Virus record (IMG/VR): IMGVR_UViG_3300032893_000013
Coordinates: 32,001 to 96,000 of that record
Strand: one strand, 5' to 3'
Origin: a virus
Length of the DNA: 64,000 nucleotides
This document shows, in pieces, positions 28,578 to 37,107 of this stretch. The first letter of the stretch is position 1. Each line of letters begins with the position of its first letter. The notes under the pieces were generated by a model. The model saw nothing but the letters and a program-made list of their open reading frames with translations, was not told where the DNA came from and did no database searches. The position numbers and the translations under genes were made by a program.

Positions 28578-29480
28578 ATGTCGGCAAAAAAGCAGTTTGA
28601 AAAACTTCCATACCACATCCTGTTGAACCCCGATCTTTCGCCAGAATCCAAGCTACTCTTCCTGATCCTTAAGAAATATAAAGGCTTTGGGAAGGCGTTT
28701 GCCAAGATTGACACACTCGCGGAGCGTCTCAACTGCTCCAGGAACTGCATTGGATCATACGTCGATGAGCTTGTAAAGGCAAAGCTCCTGACTTACAAAA
28801 AAGGCGGCTTCAAAAAGGCCAATGAATACGAGCCTGACATGAATCCGGCGACGCGCTATGCCATGGTTTCCGTTGATTTTCTTCAAAGTAAAAATTTTAC
28901 ATCAACTGAAAAAATTATACTGATCTACCTGAAGGAGCGGGCCGGTCTTGAATTCGGCTACAGGCAGATGTCAAAGGACCTTGGACTTAGCCCCAAAACC
29001 TTCCAGCGGTTTTTCTCCGGCGACAAATGGCACCGATTCTTCGTGAGAAACGTCGGCCAGGGAAAGAACAAAAGTACATACACACTCACGAAAGAGGGGC
29101 ATTCAATCTCGGAAGGGGGTATGGACATTTTTGACGATGGTATGGACAAAACCGTGTCTCTACCTGTGGACAAAACTGTGCAAGGGGTATGGACAAATCT
29201 GACAGGGGGTATGGACAAAACCATGTCACCAATCAGACTTAATAAAAACAGACTTAGGAAATCAGACTTAAACATTCAAGTCTTTTCTATTCAGACATGG
29301 AATTGCAGTTGTGGATGCAAGACAGAAGACGAACATAAAAAATTCCAAGAAAAAATTAAAGCCGACTTCGATAGAGAAATTTCTCGTCCTCCCAAAAAGA
29401 CTATCCTCTCAGAACAACAAGAAGAAATGGCAAAAAAAATCAAAGAGTGGGAACAAACAGGCTTCTTTCCCAAAAAATAG
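28578..29480 (+). CDS. Putative replication initiator (tandem wHTH domains)
   Basis: Two HTH-like repeats (IDTLAERLNCSRNCI; YRQMSKDLGLSPKTF); contains an iteron array. Confidence 0.7.
   Translation: MSAKKQFEKLPYHILLNPDLSPESKLLFLILKKYKGFGKAFAKIDTLAERLNCSRNCIGSYVDELVKAKLLTYKKGGFKKANEYEPDMNPATRYAMVSVDFLQSKNFTSTEKIILIYLKERAGLEFGYRQMSKDLGLSPKTFQRFFSGDKWHRFFVRNVGQGKNKSTYTLTKEGHSISEGGMDIFDDGMDKTVSLPVDKTVQGVWTNLTGGMDKTMSPIRLNKNRLRKSDLNIQVFSIQTWNCSCGCKTEDEHKKFQEKIKADFDREISRPPKKTILSEQQEEMAKKIKEWEQTGFFPKK
29115..29271 (+). repeat. Iteron array plus AT-rich repeats (candidate replication origin)
   Basis: Five TGGACA cores at 29122, 29143, 29167, 29190 and 29212 (four as GGTATGGACA), then 3 x CAGACTTA. 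Confidence 0.8.
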
Positions 29481-29528
29481 TTGCTTCAAGGACCTTCAAA
29501 TTGGGATATTAACCTTGTAGGAGCTACT

Positions 29529-29732
29529 ATGGATTTGTTTACCCTTACGGAATTGAAAACTATTCACTCAGCACTCTGCCTGAGAGAAGCAACTCTTCTT
29601 CAGATCGCCGACACTGAACACACTGAAGTTCCACCGGAACAGAGATTTTTTGTTCCGCAACTTCGACAGGTTCGTCTTTTGAAAGAAAAAGTTGCATCTG
29701 AAATTCGCGTTTCCCTGAGAACGGAAGGATAA
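29529..29732 (+). CDS. Hypothetical protein
   Basis: AGGAG RBS, ATG 29529. Confidence 0.65.
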   Translation: MDLFTLTELKTIHSALCLREATLLQIADTEHTEVPPEQRFFVPQLRQVRLLKEKVASEIRVSLRTEG

Positions 29733-29735
29733 AAA

Positions 29736-31562
29736 ATGTACAGAGAACTTGTCAAAGCAAAGACAGCCGCAAAGAAAATTACCTACGGTGGAGGCGGCGG
29801 CGGAAACTCCGACGATCTCAAAACTGTAGTTTTAGACACTGTAAGGAAAGCCAGCCAGTTGGTGGGCAGTACCCTTGGACCTAATGGGCGCGTGGTTTTA
29901 ATCGAAAGGCAAGAGAGCCTTCCCCCTTTTACAACGAAGGATGGGATCACCGTTTTCAATTCCATGGCGTTTGCTAACCCAACTGCGCAGGCTGTTTTAG
30001 AAGCTGCGCGGGATAGTAGTAGCAAAACGAACGTAGAGGCGGGAGATGGGACCACTACGGCTACTATCCTTGCGGAAGCTCTTATCCGCTTAGGTTTTGA
30101 ATACCTTGAAAAAAATCCAAAGTTGAGCGTTCAGAAGGTCATGCGCGAAATGGAAAGAACTTTCCGCGACCTTGTGGTTCCCGCGATCAAAAGTTTGTCA
30201 GTAAAGATTACAGAGCAAAACAGCGACGATCTACTTCGTAAAGTGGCTATGGTAGCGACGAATAACGATGAGGAGATGTCAGATGCAGTCATTAGAGCTT
30301 TTGGAACTGTTGGGCACGGTGGAAACATTACCATCGACGAAGGCCCAGGAGCATCGGGATACCAAGTCGAAAAGATTGAAGGTCTTCCTATCGCCCGTGG
30401 ATTTGAAGATTCGTGCGGTCGCTTTTTTGAAGAGTTCATCAATGACAAAGCCAATTATCGTGTCATTCTCGAAAAACCGCATTTCATTCTCTACAACGGA
30501 AAGCTCAACGAACCTTCTGCCTTGATTCCGATTCTTCAGAAAGTGGCGACTGCGACCGGCTTGACCGGCGAAGAGATCCGCGCCTCAAAATTTTCCCCGA
30601 ATATCATCGTTGTGGCGCACCATTTCTCAGAAGCCGTACTCGCGTTCATGATGAATAACTTCAAGAATGCCGAGGCTTTGAATCTTTTTCCTCTTAAGAC
30701 TCCGCTTACACAACAAACGAACAGTCCATTTCATTTTTTACACGATCTATCGGCGTTTACCGGCGCGATTGTTTTCGATCCGGTGAGCAGACCGCTCGAA
30801 AGTGCAGAACTTGAGGATCTAGGTGTAGATGAGATGCGTCTGTTCGAGTCTTATCGCTACAAATCCCTCCTTTTAGGAGAACCGCCAGAACCTATCCTGA
30901 TTGCCCGAGTCGAAGAACTTGAGCAACAGGCTAAACAGCCGGAAAGTGAGCTTGATGGCGAAATTATTCGTGAGCGCATGTCCCTTTTGACGGGAGGCGT
31001 TGCCCGAGTGCGCGTTCTTGGCTCATCTGAGTCCGAACTGAAGGAAAAGAAACACCGCGTTGAAGATGCGGTCATGGCAATCAAAGGCGCGCTCAAAGAA
31101 GGAGTGTTGCCCGGATGTTGCAAAACTCTTCTCGTCCTTTCGTCAGCCATCGCTCAAAATCCGACAACATCCGACGCCGTGAAACAAATCATGGCTCGCG
31201 CCTTGGCCGAACCGTTCAGTAGAATTTTCACAAATGGTGGAGCTACTACCGATGAAATCCAAGCGATCTATGCAAAAATGATGGATGTAAAAAATCCTTT
31301 CTTTTACACATACGACGCTTTGAGCGGAAAAACCGGCGATGCCATCGAGTTGGGAATCGTTGACTCTGCATCCGCCGTCCTGATGGCAATTAAAAACAGC
31401 CTGGCGGTCGCTAAGATGCTTATGGGACTGTCTGGCATTGTTGTGTTCCAACGCGATCTCGAAACGGAAATTGACGCCTCTAGGACGTTCAAAGCGGAAA
31501 ATCAGGCAATGGCCGAAGCGATCCGCGACTCTAACCAAGAACATTGGGAACCGCCAATTTGA
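29736..31562 (+). CDS. groEL: Phage chaperonin (GroEL-like)
   Basis: STLGPNGR, TKDGITV, GDGTTTAT, RVEDAV and GIVD motifs; no GGM tail. Confidence 0.95.
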   Translation: MYRELVKAKTAAKKITYGGGGGGNSDDLKTVVLDTVRKASQLVGSTLGPNGRVVLIERQESLPPFTTKDGITVFNSMAFANPTAQAVLEAARDSSSKTNVEAGDGTTTATILAEALIRLGFEYLEKNPKLSVQKVMREMERTFRDLVVPAIKSLSVKITEQNSDDLLRKVAMVATNNDEEMSDAVIRAFGTVGHGGNITIDEGPGASGYQVEKIEGLPIARGFEDSCGRFFEEFINDKANYRVILEKPHFILYNGKLNEPSALIPILQKVATATGLTGEEIRASKFSPNIIVVAHHFSEAVLAFMMNNFKNAEALNLFPLKTPLTQQTNSPFHFLHDLSAFTGAIVFDPVSRPLESAELEDLGVDEMRLFESYRYKSLLLGEPPEPILIARVEELEQQAKQPESELDGEIIRERMSLLTGGVARVRVLGSSESELKEKKHRVEDAVMAIKGALKEGVLPGCCKTLLVLSSAIAQNPTTSDAVKQIMARALAEPFSRIFTNGGATTDEIQAIYAKMMDVKNPFFYTYDALSGKTGDAIELGIVDSASAVLMAIKNSLAVAKMLMGLSGIVVFQRDLETEIDASRTFKAENQAMAEAIRDSNQEHWEPPI

Positions 31563-31570
31563 GGTAGACC

Positions 31571-33976
31571 ATGATTGTGCTGTATAAATGTAATCTTTGC
31601 TCAAATTCGATCAAGAAATATTACTCGCAGGGGCAGAAACAAGCTCCGTTCATTCAGTGCGAGTGCAAAGGTGTCATGGAAAAACAATTACCCGAATTCA
31701 GCACGTCTAGCTTTGAAACCGTAGACAATGGTAACATGGTGAAGAAAGTGGAACTTCGTAAGGGCGCGGTCGAAAAGGCACGCGCAAAGGGCGATGACTT
31801 CATCCAAAAAATGGAAGATCGCAATAGGGTAATAAGAATGAGACTTGATCTTGCGTCACTAAACATCAGCGCGCTCAAGAATTTCGCCGCCAATCAGCAT
31901 GTGGACTTACCTTCCTATGGCGTAACCGCAATTGTTGGGAAGAATGAAGATGATGGCGGAAGCAACGGAACCGGCAAATCATCCTTCTCGATTGCCGCAC
32001 TCGTCAATCTTTTTGGACCAAAATACGTCGGGGCCTCGATTAAGGATCTTGAAAACCGCTACCTGAAAGATTCAGCCAGAGTCGTTGGCCGATACTATCT
32101 TGACGGTAAAGAGCTTCTGGTTGACAGAACGCTTGGCGGACGCCTGTGGTTCATGTTCGATGGTAAGCCGAACCGTGATGGCAAAGCCGAAGAAGTTCAA
32201 GTTCAGTTGAATCAAATCTTGGGCATCACTCCAGAACAATTGGATTTTTTGAGCAACAAATCTCAAGGGCAATTCGGCGGATTCCTTCTCATGAAGGACG
32301 CGGATAAAAAGGACTTCTTGAGTTCTTTCTTCGATGTGACGGACATCGAAAAAGCCAAAGATAAAGCCGATCTCGAACTTTCCGTCAAAACCAAAGAATT
32401 GAATGCTGCAACTGGCAAACTTCAATATGTCGAGGGCGAAGTCAAGCGTCTGGCCGATCTCGTCAATTCCGCAAAAATTGAAGTTGAGCGCGTCAACACA
32501 AGCGACTTCCGCAAGACCATTGACGCAATGAAACTTCAGCTTTCTGACCTTGAAGCGAACAAATCTGCCCTAGAATCTCTCAAGAACAAAAGCGAATCTG
32601 AATTTGCAGAATATGCCATGGCCATAGCCGAAGTTAAATCGGCCTATGAGGCTTCCATGCTGAAGCGGGCCAACATTGAAGCCCAAATCGCCGAGCAAAA
32701 TGCCAGAATGGAAGAGACGAAGCTCAAGATCGAAGAGCTTAACCTGAAAATTTACAATACGCCATCGACGCCAAAAGAATTGCTGGATCAAAAGGCTCAG
32801 ATAGAAGCCGTCATCGCTGAGTTGAATCGTCGCAAAAATAGCGTCGCTCAACAGCAATACGCTCATTCCTTGTCCTTGCAGCGCCTTGTGAATTTGCAGA
32901 CTTCTCTGGAACAGGCCGAGAATGCGAAATGCTCCTACTGTGAATCTCCATTGAGTGACGAAAAGAAGGCGGCAACTAAGGCTAAAATTCAAGCTGACAT
33001 AGACGCTACCAGAGCTTCGGACAGTCTGATCCTGGAAAAGATTGCTGCCGAAACTGTCAACGAAGATGATGTCAAACAGGCACAGGTCTTCAAAGACACT
33101 ATCCTTCAAAAAATTGCAGACTTTTCTGCGGCTAACAATCCGGAAACCTTCAAAAGAGAATCAGCATTAGTGCGCGAGACTCAAAAGGTCATCACGTCTA
33201 CAATCCTTCAGCTTCGTATGGCTCTTGATATGGAATCTGGAGCCGTAAAGCAAGCTATTCAGAAAGTTCGTGACGGAATCAACAGCGCGCTAACCAAAAT
33301 CAATTACGACATCTACAATGCGCAGCTTGGAATTCAGGCAAAAGAAGCTGAAATCGCTGACAAGCTCAAAGAATTGAGTCGCGCCGAAGCCGAACATAAA
33401 CGAGTCTGTGAAGAATTCGCTCAAGTTTTTCGCTCGAAGGAAGCTCTTGATGAGGAAGTCACTACTCTAACGCACGTCACCAAAGTCACGTCGAAGGCTG
33501 GATTCATCGGTTACATTTTTGACAGTATGCTTGAGAATTTCAACTCCGAAATCAATGAAAATCTCAAGATGATTCCGAACGCCAGAAAGTTCAGCCTTCA
33601 ATTCTCATCAGACAGGTTGGTAAAAACTACAGGTGCTGTCAACAAGGCAATCACGTACCAAATCTTCAGCGGAACGGAGAAAGTAGATTTTGAGACTTTA
33701 TCTGGCGGTGAAAAACTCAGCGTGATCGCTGCGGTAGATGAATCTCTTGATACGGTCCTGAGTAAACGTCTTGGCGTATCTATTGGATGGAAATTCTTGG
33801 ACGAACAATTCTACTGGATTGATGAAAACAGCAAGGAGTCCATCTTGAATTTCTACAAAGCCAAGTCAAGCAAGAGAGCCTATTTCATCGTAGATCACGC
33901 ATCTGAATTCAATGCTGCGTTTGACAGTAAAATCACCATCGTTCGCTCAAACAATGTGGCGCGGTTTGCGTCATGA
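31571..33976 (+). CDS. sbcC: SbcC/Rad50-like ATPase with in-frame N-terminal Zn-ribbon
   Basis: GSNGTGKSS Walker A, CSYC Zn hook, LSGGE signature, FLDE, DH; N-terminal YKCNLC...CEC; possible internal ATG at 31838. Confidence 0.88.
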   Translation: MIVLYKCNLCSNSIKKYYSQGQKQAPFIQCECKGVMEKQLPEFSTSSFETVDNGNMVKKVELRKGAVEKARAKGDDFIQKMEDRNRVIRMRLDLASLNISALKNFAANQHVDLPSYGVTAIVGKNEDDGGSNGTGKSSFSIAALVNLFGPKYVGASIKDLENRYLKDSARVVGRYYLDGKELLVDRTLGGRLWFMFDGKPNRDGKAEEVQVQLNQILGITPEQLDFLSNKSQGQFGGFLLMKDADKKDFLSSFFDVTDIEKAKDKADLELSVKTKELNAATGKLQYVEGEVKRLADLVNSAKIEVERVNTSDFRKTIDAMKLQLSDLEANKSALESLKNKSESEFAEYAMAIAEVKSAYEASMLKRANIEAQIAEQNARMEETKLKIEELNLKIYNTPSTPKELLDQKAQIEAVIAELNRRKNSVAQQQYAHSLSLQRLVNLQTSLEQAENAKCSYCESPLSDEKKAATKAKIQADIDATRASDSLILEKIAAETVNEDDVKQAQVFKDTILQKIADFSAANNPETFKRESALVRETQKVITSTILQLRMALDMESGAVKQAIQKVRDGINSALTKINYDIYNAQLGIQAKEAEIADKLKELSRAEAEHKRVCEEFAQVFRSKEALDEEVTTLTHVTKVTSKAGFIGYIFDSMLENFNSEINENLKMIPNARKFSLQFSSDRLVKTTGAVNKAITYQIFSGTEKVDFETLSGGEKLSVIAAVDESLDTVLSKRLGVSIGWKFLDEQFYWIDENSKESILNFYKAKSSKRAYFIVDHASEFNAAFDSKITIVRSNNVARFAS

Positions 33977-34350
33977 TAAAGGCCGATCTGGAATCAGCGT
34001 TGGCCCTATGGGACGCTCTTGAGGAAGAGGCGGAAATCTACGTCCCAGTCGTTCTCGACAGCACCAGCAACGGGAAATTTTTCGTTGAGCGCGGAACACT
34101 ACCGGCTAATAAAGATCGAATGCTGGTGAGAGTGTTCGTAAACAGAGACGAAGCCGATTCATATAAACTTTTCAAGAAGGGCAATCGCCTCACTCTTGCC
34201 ACAACGACGGTAGGACACCTTCTCGCTTCACTCGAAAGAAACTTGACAACTATTGACGGTAAAATAGAATGTGTGCTATCTACTTTGGATATGAATGGAA
34301 ATTTCCACATCCTCGAAACTTTGTGGTCGAACACTAACCGAAACTCATAG
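33973..34350 (+). CDS. Hypothetical protein
   Basis: ATGA coupling. Confidence 0.7.
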   Translation: MIKADLESALALWDALEEEAEIYVPVVLDSTSNGKFFVERGTLPANKDRMLVRVFVNRDEADSYKLFKKGNRLTLATTTVGHLLASLERNLTTIDGKIECVLSTLDMNGNFHILETLWSNTNRNS

Positions 34351-34358
34351 GAGAAAAA

Positions 34359-34646
34359 ATGGACGCACGCGAACTTGATGAAAAGATTCAGGACTTGAAA
34401 GATAAGTTGGACGAAAATTTTGTTAAGGAAGTTAAGGCTTCTAGTCCAGAAGCTCTCAAAGAAAAAATCGTTCAATTGTCGAAAAGAGTTCAGGAAATTG
34501 ATGACGAGAAGGCTAAAGACGGCAAACTGAAAACTCTTCGCACCCAAAAGTCTGACCTTGAGGGCGGATACCGGGATCGCAAGAAAGAAGTGGATCGTCA
34601 GCGTCAATACGTTATGCTCACTTTGATGGAGCGCGGTAATCTATAA
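34359..34646 (+). CDS. Hypothetical coiled-coil protein
   Basis: AGGAG RBS; TAATG coupling. Confidence 0.78.
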   Translation: MDARELDEKIQDLKDKLDENFVKEVKASSPEALKEKIVQLSKRVQEIDDEKAKDGKLKTLRTQKSDLEGGYRDRKKEVDRQRQYVMLTLMERGNL

Positions 34647-34990
34647 TGTCCGAACAGCCCGCAGAAAAGCCTAAGAAGAAACGTAAGCGCAAGCCGAAAC
34701 CTTCTGGGCTGAGAAAATATTGGCCACATCTTACGCTCAAACAAGCCGAAGCGGAACGGCAAAAACTGTCAGATGCTCAAGGAGCCAAATGTGCCATATG
34801 CGGGAAGGACGAATCTTCGTTCGTTAACCGATTAGCGGTCGATCATAACCATGCGACCGGGAAAGTACGCGGACTTCTGTGTTATCGCTGCAACAAGTTC
34901 CTGGTTGGAAGAAACACTATTGAGTCGGCCACAAAAATCTTGAATTACTTACAGACCTATGATATACCAGCCGCTCAGGAGGAAACATGA
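34646..34990 (+). CDS. Endonuclease VII-family resolvase
   Basis: QxxKCAIC...LAVDHNHATGKVRGLLCYRCN. Confidence 0.92.
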   Translation: MSEQPAEKPKKKRKRKPKPSGLRKYWPHLTLKQAEAERQKLSDAQGAKCAICGKDESSFVNRLAVDHNHATGKVRGLLCYRCNKFLVGRNTIESATKILNYLQTYDIPAAQEET

Positions 34991-35499
34991 AAGTTAGAGT
35001 ACAAAAATTGAATCCCGAAGCTGTGATTCCTAAATACGCCAAGCCTGGCGATGCCGGTCTTGATCTCGTGGCAGTCTCTGTTGAGGTTGACGCAAATCTT
35101 AGGCAGGTGACGTATGGAACTGGTCTTGCGGTAGAAATTCCGCAAGGGTTTGTTGGATTGATCTTCCCGCGCTCTTCGATCCGCAACAACACTCTGTCTC
35201 TCTCAAATGCGGTAGGAGTGATTGATAGCGGCTATCGCGGTGAAATCAAAGCCGTTTTCAACATAGTTGACGGCAGAACTACAACGCAGAAAGAAACGCG
35301 CCCTTTCTGGGATGATTCTGGATCTTTTGAAGGCTACCGGGACAAGCATTTGAAGGTTCCGATAGAAAAAATTTATGGCGTCGGCGACAAAATCGCCCAA
35401 CTTATGATCGTTCCATATCCTCAAATCGAATTGGTTCAGGCCGAGTCTCTTTCTGAGACAGAGCGCGGAGCCGGTGGATTTGGCAGTACCGGAAGATAG
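34987..35499 (+). CDS. dut: Trimeric dUTPase
   Basis: DAGLDL, PRSS, GVIDSGYRGE, IAQL, RGAGGFGSTG. Confidence 0.97.
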   Translation: MKVRVQKLNPEAVIPKYAKPGDAGLDLVAVSVEVDANLRQVTYGTGLAVEIPQGFVGLIFPRSSIRNNTLSLSNAVGVIDSGYRGEIKAVFNIVDGRTTTQKETRPFWDDSGSFEGYRDKHLKVPIEKIYGVGDKIAQLMIVPYPQIELVQAESLSETERGAGGFGSTGR

Positions 35500-35501
35500 G
35501 T

Positions 35502-35530
35502 TGATTTTCTCAAAAAGATACGGTAAGATC
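35502..35530 (+). promoter_or_regulatory. sigma70-type promoter
   Basis: TTGATT-N17-TAAGAT. Confidence 0.55.
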
Positions 35531-35555
35531 GTATCAATTTGAGCTAGGAGTAAGT

Positions 35556-36458
35556 ATGTACGACTTTGACGAAGAAGCTGGCGAGTACGATGGTAACGCC
35601 GAAGAGGTTCTCGAAAACCTCGAAGATGGACTTCCTGCTGATTTTCAGAATGGGGAAGAGTACGCCGCCGATGTCATGAACAGCGCCATGCAGCGTATTG
35701 AAGAGGCGAATCTGTTCAAGACTCTTGTCAATCAAGACATCTTCGCTCCGAACTCTGCACGTCCGGAAATTCTAAACTCTGTCAACGCAAAGATCCGACA
35801 ATTTGCGATTGAGCAGCTTGAGACTCTTCTCGGCATACGCTCACCCAAGTCACAAAGCGCCGACCTTCCGTTTGATGATGGAGAAGTCGCCCAACTGAAA
35901 ATGCTTCTCGGCAACTTCTCTGAAGTAGAAGTTCGCGTTTTGAAAATGCTCATTGGGAAAGTCCTGAAGACGGATTCAAACTTCGTCGCTCAAAGTACGC
36001 CAGAACGTAAACCGGAACTTCAGCAAATCCAAGCTCCGACTCCGGTCGTGAAGCAAATTGGAACCCCGGCTCAACCGCTTAAAAAGGCCCAACCCAAAAG
36101 ACAGCCTGCGCGCCAAACTCAGCCGCATCCAACTCCGGCTCAGCCTGCACCTGGACAAAAGCGCAAACGTCAAAAGCCAGGAACTGCAACGCCCAATACC
36201 ACTACCAAAGTGAAGCCAATGCCGAGCGCAGAGCAGCTTATCCCGGTATTGGGAGCAGCTAATCAGGGAGTCGTTGCCTCACGCGCAACGAAGGGATCTC
36301 AAGGCGTTTCTGAAGGTGAAATGAATAGAGGTATAATGTCAGTCGGCGATGTCGTTCAAAGATTGACTGGTGGAAATATCATTGCTACTGACAATTCAAA
36401 TCCGGCAGATGCCGCAATGGCAGATGGTGGAGGGGTAGATGTCAACGGTAGATTCTAA
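35556..36458 (+). CDS. Hypothetical protein with Pro/Gln-rich linker
   Basis: AGGAG RBS; long ORF. Confidence 0.8.
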   Translation: MYDFDEEAGEYDGNAEEVLENLEDGLPADFQNGEEYAADVMNSAMQRIEEANLFKTLVNQDIFAPNSARPEILNSVNAKIRQFAIEQLETLLGIRSPKSQSADLPFDDGEVAQLKMLLGNFSEVEVRVLKMLIGKVLKTDSNFVAQSTPERKPELQQIQAPTPVVKQIGTPAQPLKKAQPKRQPARQTQPHPTPAQPAPGQKRKRQKPGTATPNTTTKVKPMPSAEQLIPVLGAANQGVVASRATKGSQGVSEGEMNRGIMSVGDVVQRLTGGNIIATDNSNPADAAMADGGGVDVNGRF

Positions 36459-36471
36459 TAAGGAGAAAAAA

Positions 36472-37107
36472 GTGGAAACTAATACTCAACAACCGAAAAC
36501 TCCGGCTCCCGCTCCGGCACCAAAAGCCCCTGCAAAGCCGCAAGAACCTCAAAAAGTGAAAAGCTACACCGAACGCTTCGTGGACATGGAAAACATGATT
36601 GTTCGCATGAGCTACGCCATCAACTTTCAGGCCAAAACCATCGAAGAGTTGATGAAGCAAATTCAGGTCATGAATGAAGAGCTTGATCGCTTGACTCTTG
36701 TTCGCAAGAGCGTCAATGCCATCATGAAAATTTCCGAAACCGAAGAAACCAGCACCCATATGTTCTCACTGGAAAGAGTTGCTGAAAAAGTTGAGCAGCT
36801 TGAACTCCAGGCCGCTAAAGAACAACTTGCTAAAGACCTTCAAGATGGCGTTGTAAAACAAGCCGATACCGTCGAAAATGACCTTACGGTTATTGAATTC
36901 GAGTCAATTCCCGAAGGCTCCTACGGCCTTATCAGCGTCGGAACCACAGTTCCCGAACTGAAAAAGGAATTGATTGGAAAGAAAGTCGGAGATGTTGTGC
37001 AAAAGGTGAAGATTACCGGCATCTACGCATACGTCCTCGAAACACCCAAAACCGAAGGTACAGATGGCAAAACTCAAGAAAACCCCCAAAGTCCAGCAGC
37101 GCAGTAA
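36472..37107 (+). CDS. Hypothetical coiled-coil protein (GreA C-terminal-like end)
   Basis: AGGAG RBS, GTG 36472; ELIGKKVGDVV. Confidence 0.7.
   Translation: METNTQQPKTPAPAPAPKAPAKPQEPQKVKSYTERFVDMENMIVRMSYAINFQAKTIEELMKQIQVMNEELDRLTLVRKSVNAIMKISETEETSTHMFSLERVAEKVEQLELQAAKEQLAKDLQDGVVKQADTVENDLTVIEFESIPEGSYGLISVGTTVPELKKELIGKKVGDVVQKVKITGIYAYVLETPKTEGTDGKTQENPQSPAAQ

Noticed and set aside
29115-29271. Iteron array as a mini-CRISPR or a protein repeat
   Set aside because: Units too short, no cas genes, and one copy is out of frame, so it is better explained as DNA-binding sites
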